A stretch of DNA of 64,000 bases. It comes from the human T2T-CHM13v2.0 reference genome, Homo sapiens. The position numbers and the translations under genes are program-made. Positions 1 to 10,700 of this stretch are shown piece after piece. The stretch lies in NCBI RefSeq assembly GCF_009914755.1, contig NC_060929.1; one strand, 5' to 3'. Position 1 is the stretch's first letter, and each line of letters starts with the position of its first letter. The notes under the pieces were generated by a model. It saw only the letters and a program-made list of their open reading frames with translations, searched no databases and was not told the origin of the DNA.

Positions 1-406
1 ATAGAGCAGTTGGGAAACGCTATGTTTGTAAAGTCTGCAAGTGGATATTGGGAACTCTTTGAGGCCTTCATTGGGAATGGGGTTTCTTCATATAACGCTA
101 TACAGAAGATTTCCCAGTAACTTCTTCCTGTTGTGTGTATTCAACTGACAACAGATGAACCTTCCTTTAGAGAGAGCAGATTTGAAACACTCTTTTTGTG
201 GAATTTGCAAGTGGAGATTTCAGCCGCTTTAACGTCAATGGTGGAAAAGGAAATATCTTCGCATAAAAACAAGACAGAATCATTTTCAGAAACTGCTTTG
301 TGATGTGTGCATTCAACTCACAGAGTTTAACCTTTGTTTTCATAGAGCCGTTTGGAAACACACAGTTTGTCAAATCTGTAAGTCGATATTCGGACCTATT
401 TGAGGC

Positions 407-423
407 CTTCGTTGGAAACGGGA
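407..423 (+). promoter_or_regulatory. Intact CENP-B box (first of 3 per HOR; present in every unit except the 14-mer)
   Basis: CTTCGTTGGAAACGGGA matches the core nTTCGnnnnAnnCGGGn. Confidence 0.95.
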
Positions 424-1085
424 TTTCTTCATATAATGCTAGAAAGAAGAATTCTCAGTAACTTCCTTGTGTTGTGTGTAATCAACTCACAGAATAGAAC
501 GTTCCTTTAGATAGAGCAGATTTGAAACACTCTTTTTGTGGAAGTTGCACGTGGAGATTTCAAGCGCTTTGTGGCCAGTGGTAGAAAATGAAATATCTTC
601 GTATAAAAAGTACACAGAATCATTCTCAGAAACTACTTTCTGATGTGTGCGTTCAACTCTCGGAGTTTAAACTTTCTTTTCATAGAGCAGTTTGGAAACA
701 GTGTGTTTGAAAAGTCTGCAAGTGGATATTCGGACCTCTTTGGCGCCTTAATTTGAAACGGGGTTTCTCCCTATAATGCTAGACAGAAGAATTCTCAGTA
801 ACTTGTTTGTGTTGTGTGTGTTCAACTCACAGAGTTGAACCTTCCTTTAGACAGAGCAGATTTGAAACACTCTTTTTGTGGAATTTGCAAGTGGAGATTT
901 CAGGCGCTTTGAGGCCAAAGGCAGAAAAGGAAATATCTTCGTATAAAAACTAGATAGATCATTCTCAGAAACTGCTTTGTGATGTGTGCGTTCAACTCAC
1001 AGAGTTTCACTTATCTTTTCGTACAGCAGTTTGGAAACACTCTGTTTGTAATGTCTGCAAGTGGATATTTTGACCTCTTTGAGGT

Positions 1086-1102
1086 CTTCGTTGGAAACGG
1101 GT
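1086..1102 (+). promoter_or_regulatory. Intact CENP-B box (second of 3 per HOR)
   Basis: CTTCGTTGGAAACGGGT has all 9 core bases. Confidence 0.93.
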
Positions 1103-1765
1103 TTTATTCATGTAAGGCTAGACAGAAGAATTCTCAGTAACTTCTTTGTATTGTGTGTATTCCACTGACAGAGTTGACCCTTCCTTTAGACAGAGCACAT
1201 TTGAACCACTCTTTTTGTGGAATTTGCAAGTGGAGATTTCAGACGCATTGAGGTCAATGGTAGAAAAGGAAATATCTTCGTATAAAAACTAGACAGAATG
1301 ATTCTCAGAACCTGCTTCGTGATGTGTGTGTTCAGTTCAAAGAGTTTTACCTTTCTTTTCATAGAGCAGTTAGGAAACACTCTGTTTGAACAGTCTGAAA
1401 GTGGATATTCCGATCTCTTTGAGGCCTTCGTTGGAAAAGGGATTTCTTCATATAATGCTAGACAGAGGAATTCTCAGTAACTTCTCTGTGTTGTGTGTAT
1501 TCAAATCACAGAGTTGAACGTTCCTTTAGACAGAGCAGACTTGAAACACTCTTTTTGTGGAATTTGCAATAGGAAATTTCAAGCGCTTTGACGCCAAAGG
1601 CAGAAGAGGAAATATCTTCGTATAAAAACAAGTCAGAATCATTCTCAGAAACTGCTTAATCATGTGTGCGTTCGACTCACGGAGTTTAACCTACCTTTTC
1701 ATAAAGCAGTTTGGAAACACTCTGTTTGTAAAGTCTGCACGTGGATATTTGGACATCTTTGAGGC

Positions 1766-1782
1766 CTTCGTTGGAAACGGGT
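1766..1782 (+). promoter_or_regulatory. Intact CENP-B box (third of 3 per HOR)
   Basis: CTTCGTTGGAAACGGGT has all 9 core bases. Confidence 0.93.
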
Positions 1783-4700
1783 TTTATTCATGTAAGGCTA
1801 GACAGAAGATTTCTCAGTAACTTGTTTGTGTTGTGTGTATTCAACTGACAGAGTTGACCCTTCTTTTAGGTAGAGCAGATTTGACACACTCTTTTTGTGG
1901 AATTTGCAAGTGCAGATTTCAGACGCTTTGAGGTCAATGGTAGAAAAGGACATTTCTTCGTATAAAAACTTGACAGAATGATTCTCAGAAACTGCTTTGT
2001 GATGTATGTGTTCAATTCAAAGAGTTCTACCTTTCTTTTCATAGAGCACTTAGGAAACACTCTGTTTGTAAAGACTGCAAGTGGATATTCGGACCTCTAT
2101 GAGGCCTTCTTTGGAAAAGGGATTTCTTCATATAATGCTAGACAGAGGAATTCTTCGTAACTTCTTTGTATTGTGTGTATTCAACTCACAGAGTTGAACC
2201 TTCTTTTAGATAGAGCAGATTTGAAACACACTTTTTGTGGAATTTCCAATTGGAGATTTCAAGCGCTTCGGGGCCAATGGTGGAAAAGGAAAAATCTTCA
2301 CATAAAAACTAGACAAACTCATTCCCAGAAACTGTGTAGTGATGTGTATGTTTAACTCGCAGAGTTTATCCTTTCTTTTCATAGAGCAGTTGGGAAACAC
2401 TCTGTTTGAAAAGTCTGCATGTGGATATTTGGACCGCCATGAGGCGTTCTTTGGAAATGGTATTTCTTCATTTAAGGCTACACAGAAGAATTCTCAGTAA
2501 CTTCCTTGTGTTGTGTGTATTCAGCTCACAGAGTTGAACCTTCTTTTAGATAGAGCAGATTTGAAAGACACTTTTTGGGGAATTTGCAAGTGGGGATTTC
2601 AAGCGCTTTGAGGCCAACGGTAGAAAAGGAAATATCTTCGAATAAAAAGTAGACAGAATCATTCCCAGAAACTGCGTTTTGATGTGTGCGTTCACCTAAC
2701 AGAGTTTAACCTTCCTTTTCATAGAGCAGTTGGGAAACGCTATGTTTGTAAAGTCTGCAAGTGGATATTGGGAACTCTTTGAGGCCTTCATTGGGAATGG
2801 GGTTTCTTCATATAATGCTAGACAGAAGATTTCCCAGTAACTTCTTCCTGTTGTGTGTATTCAACTGACAACAGATGAACCTTCCTTTAGAGAGAGCAGA
2901 TTTGAAACACTCTTTTTGTGGAATTTGCAAGTGGAGATTTCAGCCGCTTTAACGTCAATGGTAGAAAAGGAAATATCTTCGCATAAAAACAAGACAGAAT
3001 CATTTTCAGAAACTGCTTTGTGATGTGTGCATTCAACTCACAGAGATTAACCTTTGTTTTCCTAGAGCCGTTTGGAAACAAACAGTTTTTCAAATCTGTA
3101 AGTCGATATTCGGACCTATTAGAGGCCTTCGTTGGAAACGGGATTTCTTCATATAATGCTAGAAAGAAGAATTCTCAGTAACTTCCTTGTGTTGTGTGTA
3201 ATCAACTCACAGAATAGAACGTTCCTTTAGATAGAGCAGATTTGAAACACTCTTTTTGTGGAAGTTGCACGTGGAGATTTCAAGCGCTTTGTGGTCAGTG
3301 GTAGAAAATGAAATATCTTCGTATAAAAAGTACACAGAATCATTCTCAGAAACTACTTTCTGATGTGTGCGTTCAACTCTCGGAGGTTAAACTTTCTTTT
3401 CATAGAGCAGTTTGGAAACAGTGTGTTTGTAAAGTCTGCAAGTGGATATTCGGACCTCTTTGGCGCCTTATTTTGAAACGGGGTTTCTCCATATAATGCT
3501 AGACAGAAGAATTCTCAGTAACTTGTTTGTGTTGTGTGTGTTCAACTCACAGAGTTGAACCTTCCTTTAGACAGAGCAGATTTGAAACACTCTTTTTGTG
3601 GAATTTGCAAGTGGAGATTTCAAGCGCTTTGAGGCCAAAGGCAGAAAAGGAAATATCTTCGTATAAAAACTAGATAGATCATTCTCAGAAACTGCTTTGT
3701 GATGTGTGTGTTCAACTCACAGAGTTTCACTTATCTTTTCGTACAGCAGTTTGGAAACACGCTGTTTGTAATGTCTGCAAGTGGATATTTGACCTCTTTG
3801 AGGTCTTCGTTGGAAACGGGTTTTATTCATGTAAGGCTAGACAGAAGAATTCTCAGTAACTTCTTTGTATTGTGTGTATTCCACTGACAGAGTTGACCCT
3901 TCCTTTAGACAGAGCACATTTGAACTACTCTTTTTGTGGAATTTGCAAGTGGAGATTTCAGAGGCATTGAGGTCAATGGTAGAAAAGGAAATATCTTCGT
4001 ATAAAAACTAGACAGAATGATTCTCAGAACCTGCTTCGTGATGTGTGTGTTCAGTTCAAAGAGTTTTACCTTTCTTTTCATAGAGCAGTTAGGAAACACT
4101 CTGTTTGAACAGTCTGAAATTGGATATTCCGATCTCTTTGAGGCCTTCGTTGGAAAAGGGATTTCTTCATATAATGCTAGACAGAGGAATTCTCAGTAAC
4201 TTCTCTGTGTTGTGTGCATTCAAATCACAGAGTTGAACGTTCCTTTAGACAGAGCAGACTTGAAACACTCTTTTTGTGGAATTTGCAATAGGAAATTTCA
4301 AGCGCTTTGAGGCCAAAGGCAGAAGAGGAAATATCTTCGTATAAAAACAAGTCAGAATCATTCTCAGAAACTGCTTAATCATGTGTGCGTTCGACTCATG
4401 GAGTTTAACCTACCTTTTCATACAGCAGTTTGGAAACACTCTGTTTGGAAAGTCTGCACGTGGATATTTGGACATCTTTGAGGCCTTCGTTGGAAACGGG
4501 TTTTATTCATGTAAGGCTAGACCGAAGATTTCTCAGTAACTTGTTTGTGTTGTGTGTATTCACCTGACAGAGTTGACCCTTCTTTTAGGTAGAGCAGATT
4601 TGAGACACTCTTTTTGTGGAATTTGCAAGTGGAGATTTCAGACGCTTTGAGGTCAATGGTAGAAAAGGAAATTTCTTCGTATAAAAACTTGACAGAATGA

Positions 4701-7700
4701 TTCTCAGAAACTGCTTTGTGATGTATGCGTTCAATTCAAAGAGTTCTACCTTTCTTTTCATAGAGCACTTAGGAAACACTCTGTTTGTAAAGACTGCAAG
4801 TGGATATTCGGACCTCTATGAGGCCTTCTTTGGAAAAGGGATTTCTTCATATAATGCTAGACAGAGGAATTCTTCGTAACTTCTTTGTATTGTGTGTATT
4901 CAACTCACAGAGTTGAACCTTCTTTTAGATAGAGCAGATTTGAAACACACTTTTTGTGGAATTTCCAATTGGAGATTTCAAGCGCTTCGGGGCCAATGGT
5001 AGAAAAGGAAAAATCTTCACATAAAAACTAGACAAACTCATTCCCAGAAACTGTGTAGTGATGTGTATGTTTAACTCACAGAGTTTATCCTTTCTTTTCA
5101 TAGAGCAGTTGGGAAACACTCTGTTTGAAAAGTCTGCATGTGGATATTTGGACCGCCATGAGGCGTTCTTTGGAAATGGTATTTCTTCATTTAAGGCTAC
5201 ACAGAAGAATTCTCAGTAACTTCCTTGTGTTGTGTGTATTCAGCTCACAGAGTTGAACCTTCTTTTAGATAGAGCAGATTTGAAAGACACTTTTTGGGGA
5301 ATTTGCAAGTGGGGATTTCAAGCGCTTTGAGGCCAGCGGTGGAAAAGGAAATATCTTCGAATAAAAAGTAGACAGAATCATTCCCAGAAACTGCGTTTTG
5401 ATGTGTGCGTTCACCTAACAGAGTTTAACCTTCCTTTTCATAGAGCAGTTGGGAAACGCTATGTTTGTAAAGTCTGCAAGTGGATATTGGGAACTCTTTG
5501 AGGCCTTCATTGGGAATGGGGTTTCTTCATATAACGCTATACAGAAGATTTCCCAGTAACTTCTTCCTGTTGTGTGTATTCAACTGACAACAGATGAACC
5601 TTCCTTTAGAGAGAGCAGATTTGAAACACTCTTTTTGTGGAATTTGCAAGTGGAGATTTCAGCCGCTTTAACGTCAATGGTGGAAAAGGAAATATCTTCG
5701 CATAAAAACAAGACAGAATCATTTTCAGAAACTGCTTTGTGATGTGTGCATTCAACTCACAGAGTTTAACCTTTGTTTTCATAGAGCCGTTTGGAAACAC
5801 ACAGTTTGTCAAATCTGTAAGTCGATATTCGGACCTATTTGAGGCCTTCGTTGGAAACGGGATTTCTTCATATAATGCTAGAAAGAAGAATTCTCAGTAA
5901 CTTCCTTGTGTTGTGTGTAATCAACTCACAGAATAGAACGTTCCTTTAGATAGAGCAGATTTGAAACACTCTTTTTGTGGAAGTTGCACGTGGAGATTTC
6001 AAGCGCTTTGTGGCCAGTGGTAGAAAATGAAATATCTTCGTATAAAAAGTACACAGAATCATTCTCAGAAACTACTTTCTGATGTGTGCGTTCAACTCTC
6101 GGAGTTTAAACTTTCTTTTCATAGAGCAGTTTGGAAACAGTGTGTTTGAAAAGTCTGCAAGTGGATATTCGGACCTCTTTGGCGCCTTAATTTGAAACGG
6201 GGTTTCTCCCTATAATGCTAGACAGAAGAATTCTCAGTAACTTGTTTGTGTTGTGTGTGTTCAACTCACAGAGTTGAACCTTCCTTTAGACAGAGCAGAT
6301 TTGAAACACTCTTTTTGTGGAATTTGCAAGTGGAGATTTCAGGCGCTTTGAGGCCAAAGGCAGAAAAGGAAATATCTTCGTATAAAAACTAGATAGATCA
6401 TTCTCAGAAACTGCTTTGTGATGTGTGCGTTCAACTCACAGAGTTTCACTTATCTTTTCGTACAGCAGTTTGGAAACACTCTGTTTGTAATGTCTGCAAG
6501 TGGATATTTTGACCTCTTTGAGGTCTTCGTTGGAAACGGGTTTTATTCATGTAAGGCTAGACAGAAGAATTCTCAGTAACTTCTTTGTATTGTGTGTATT
6601 CCACTGACAGAGTTGACCCTTCCTTTAGACAGAGCACATTTGAACCACTCTTTTTGTGGAATTTGCAAGTGGAGATTTCAGACGCATTGAGGTCAATGGT
6701 AGAAAAGGAAATATCTTCGTATAAAAACTAGACAGAATGATTCTCAGAACCTGCTTCGTGATGTGTGTGTTCAGTTCAAAGAGTTTTACCTTTCTTTTCA
6801 TAGAGCAGTTAGGAAACACTCTGTTTGAACAGTCTGAAAGTGGATATTCCGATCTCTTTGAGGCCTTCGTTGGAAAAGGGATTTCTTCATATAATGCTAG
6901 ACAGAGGAATTCTCAGTAACTTCTCTGTGTTGTGTGTATTCAAATCACAGAGTTGAACGTTCCTTTAGACAGAGCAGACATGAAACACTCTTTTTGTGGA
7001 ATTTGCAATAGGAAATTTCAAGCGCTTTGACGCCAAAGGCAGAAGAGGAAATATCTTCGTATAAAAACAAGTCAGAATCATTCTCAGAAACTGCTTAATC
7101 ATGTGTGCGTTCGACTCACGGAGTTTAACCTACCTTTTCATAAAGCAGTTTGGAAACACTCTGTTTGTAAAGTCTGCACGTGGATATTTGGACATCTTTG
7201 AGGCCTTCGTTGGAAACGGGTTTTATTCATGTAAGGCTAGACAGAAGATTTCTCAGTAACTTGTTTGTGTTGTGTGTATTCAACTGACAGAGTTGACCCT
7301 TCTTTTAGGTAGAGCAGATTTGACACACTCTTTTTGTGGAATTTGCAAGTGCAGATTTCAGACGCTTTGAGGTCAATGGTAGAAAAGGACATTTCTTCGT
7401 ATAAAAACCTGACAGAATGATTCTCAGAAACTGCTTTGTGATGTATGTGTTCAATTCAAAGAGTTCTACCTTTCTTTTCATAGAGCACTTAGGAAACACT
7501 CTGTTTGTAAAGACTGCAAGTGGATATTCGGACCTCTATGAGGCCTTCTTTGGAAAAGGGATTTCTTCATATAATGCTAGACAGAGGAATTCTTCGTAAC
7601 TTCTTTGTATTGTGTGTATTCAACTCACAGAGTTGAACCTTCTTTTAGATAGAGCAGATTTGAAACACACTTTTTGTGGAATTTCCAATTGGAGATTTCA

Positions 7701-10700
7701 AGCGCTTCGGGGCCAATGGTGGAAAAGGAAAAATCTTCACATAAAAACTAGACAAACTCATTCCCAGAAACTGTGTAGTGATGTGTATGTTTAACTCGCA
7801 GAGTTTATCCTTTCTTTTCATAGAGCAGTTGGGAAACACTCTGTTTGAAAAGTCTGCATGTGGATATTTGGACCGCCATGAGGCGTTCTTTGGAAATGGT
7901 ATTTCTTCATTTAAGGCTACACAGAAGAATTCTCAGTAACTTCCTTGTGTTGTGTGTATTCAGCTCACAGAGTTGAACCTTCTTTTAGATAGAGCAGATT
8001 TGAAAGACACTTTTTGGGGAATTTGCAAGTGGGGATTTCAAGCGCTTTGAGGCCAACGGTAGAAAAGGAAATATCTTCGAATAAAAAGTAGACAGAATCA
8101 TTCCCAGAAACTGCGTTTTGATGTGTGCGTTCACCTAACAGAGTTTAACCTTCCTTTTCATAGAGCAGTTGGGAAACGCTATGTTTGTAAAGTCTGCAAG
8201 TGGATATTGGGAACTCTTTGAGGCCTTCATTGGGAATGGGGTTTCTTCATATAATGCTAGACAGAAGATTTCCCAGTAACTTCTTCCTGTTGTGTGTATT
8301 CAACTGACAACAGATGAACCTTCCTTTAGAGAGAGCAGATTTGAAACACTCTTTTTGTGGAATTTGCAAGTGGAGATTTCAGCCGCTTTAACGTCAATGG
8401 TAGAAAAGGAAATATCTTCGCATAAAAACAAGACAGAATCATTTTCAGAAACTGCTTTGTGATGTGTGCATTCAACTCACAGAGTTTAACCTTTGTTTTC
8501 CTAGAGCCGTTTGGAAACACACAGTTTGTCAAATCTGTAAGTCGATATTCGGACCTATTTGAGGCCTTCGTTGGAAACGGGATTTCTTCATATAATGCTA
8601 GAAAGAAGAATTCTCAGTAACTTCCTTGTGTTGTGTGTAATCAACTCACAGAATAGAACGTTCCTTTAGATAGAGCAGATTTGAAACACTCTTTTTGTGG
8701 AAGTTGCACGTGGAGATTTCAAGCGCTTTGTGGCCAGTGGTAGAAAATGAAATATCTTCGTATAAAAAGTACACAGAATCATTCTCAGAAACTACTTTCT
8801 GATGTGTGCGTTCAACTCTCGGAGTTTAAACTTTCTTTTCATAGAGCAGTTTGGAAACAGTGTGTTTGTAAAGTCTGCAAGGGGATATTCGGACCTCTTT
8901 GGCGCCTTATTTTGAAACGGGGTTTCTCCATATAATGCTAGACAGAAGAATTCTCAGTAACTTGTTTGTGTTGTGTGTGTTCAACTCACTGAGTTGAACC
9001 TTCCTTTAGACAGAGCAGATTTGAAACACTCTTTTTGTGGAATTTGCAAGTGGAGATTTCAAGCGCTTTGAGGCCAAAGGCAGAAAAGGAAATATCTTCG
9101 TATAGAAACTAGATAGATCATTCTCAGAAACTGCTTTGTGATGTGTGCGTTCAACTCACAGAGTTTCACTTATCTTTTCGTACAGCAGTTTGGAAACACT
9201 CTGTTTGTAATGTCTGCAAGTGGATATTTTGACCTCTTTGAGGTCTTCGTTGGAAACGGGTTTTATTCATGTAAGGCTAGACAGAAGAATTCTCAGTAAC
9301 TTCTTTGTATTGTGTGTATTCCACTGACAGAGTTGACCCTTCCTTTAGACAGAGCACATTTGAACCACTCTTTTTGTGGAATTTGCAAGTGGAGATTTCA
9401 GACGCATTGAGGTCAATGGTAGAAAAGGAAATATCTTCGTATAAAAACTAGACAGAATGATTCTCAGAACCTGCTTCGTGATGTGTGTGTTCAGTTCAAA
9501 GAGTTTTACCTTTCTTTTCATAGAGCAGTTAGGAAACACTCTGTTTGAACAGTCTGAAAGTGGATATTCCGATCTCTTTGAGGCCTTCGTTGGAAAAGGG
9601 ATTTCTTCATATAATGCTAGACAGAGGAATTCTCAGTAACTTCTCTGTGTTGTGTGTATTCAAATCACAGAGTTGAACGTTCCTTTAGACAGAGCAGACT
9701 TGAAACACTCTTTTTGTGGAATTTGCAATAGGAAATTTCAAGCGCTTTGACGCCAAAGGCAGAAGAGGAAATATCTTCGTATAAAAACAAGTCAGAATCA
9801 TTCTCAGAAACTGCTTAATCATGTGTGCGTTCGACTCACCGAGTTTAACCTACCTTTTCATAAAGCAGTTTGGAAACACTCTGTTTGTAAAGTCTGTACG
9901 TGGATATTTGGACATCTTTGAGGCCTTCGTTGGAAACGGGTTTTATTCATGTAAGGCTAGACAGAAGATTTCTCAGTAACTTGTTTGTGTTGTGTGTATT
10001 CAACTGACAGAGTTGACCCTTCTTTTAGGTAGAGCAGATTTGACACACTCTTTTTGTGGAATTTGCAAGTGGAGATTTCAGACGCTTTGAGGTCAATGGT
10101 AGAAAAGGACATTTCTTCGTATAAAAACTTGACAGAATGATTCTCAGAAACTGCTTTGTGATGTATGCGTTCAATTCAAAGAGTTCTACCTTTCTTTTCA
10201 TAGAGCACTTAGGAAACACTCTGTTTGTTAAGACTGCAAGTGGATATTCGGACCTCTATGAGGCCTTCTTTGGAAAAGGGATTTCTTCATATAATGCTAG
10301 ACAGAGGAATTCTTCGTAACTTCTTTGTATTGTGTGTATTCAACTCACAGAGTTGAACCTTCTTTTAGATAGAGCAGATTTGAAACACACTTTTTGTGGA
10401 ATTTCCAATTGGAGATTTCAAGCGCTTCGGGGCCAATGGTAGAAAAGGAAAAATCTTCACATAAAAACTAGACAAACTCATTCCCAGAACCGGTGTAGTG
10501 ATGTGTATGTTTAACTCACAGAGTTTATCCTTTCTTTTCATAGAGCAGTTGGGAAACACTCTGTTTGAAAAGTCTGCATGTGGATATTTGGACCGCCATG
10601 AGGCGTTCTTTGGAAATGGTGTTTCTTCATTTAAGGCTACACAGAAGAATTCTCAGTAACTTCCTTGTGTTGTGTGTATTCAGCTCACAGAGTTGAACCT

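Larger units (their letters stand above)
66..2462 (+). other. Five degenerate CENP-B box positions per HOR (66, 747, 1426, 2106, 2446)
   Basis: CTTCATTGGGAATGGGG, CTTAATTTGAAACGGGG, CTTCGTTGGAAAAGGGA, CTTCTTTGGAAAAGGGA and GTTCTTTGGAAATGGTA each lie at the box position in 340-bp phase but lack TTCG and/or CGGG core bases. Confidence 0.88.
1..2720 (+). repeat. 16-mer higher-order repeat unit, 2720 bp (reference copy 1, arbitrary phase)
   Basis: The unique motif ATAGAGCAGTTGGGAAACGCTATG recurs at 1, 2721, 5440, 8160, 10880, 13600, 16319, 19039, 21419 and then every 2720 bp to 62219. The ORF track repeats with the same period. 2720 = 8 x 340. Confidence 0.98.

Noticed and set aside
432-437. TATAAT and TATAAAA motifs resembling promoter boxes
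   Set aside because: They are part of the monomer consensus, repeated hundreds of times, with no gene context.
1-2720. Identification as D17Z1 (chr17 16-mer, 2.7 kb)
   Set aside because: The length matches, but D17Z1 is pentameric SF3, whereas this unit is clearly dimeric (340 bp).
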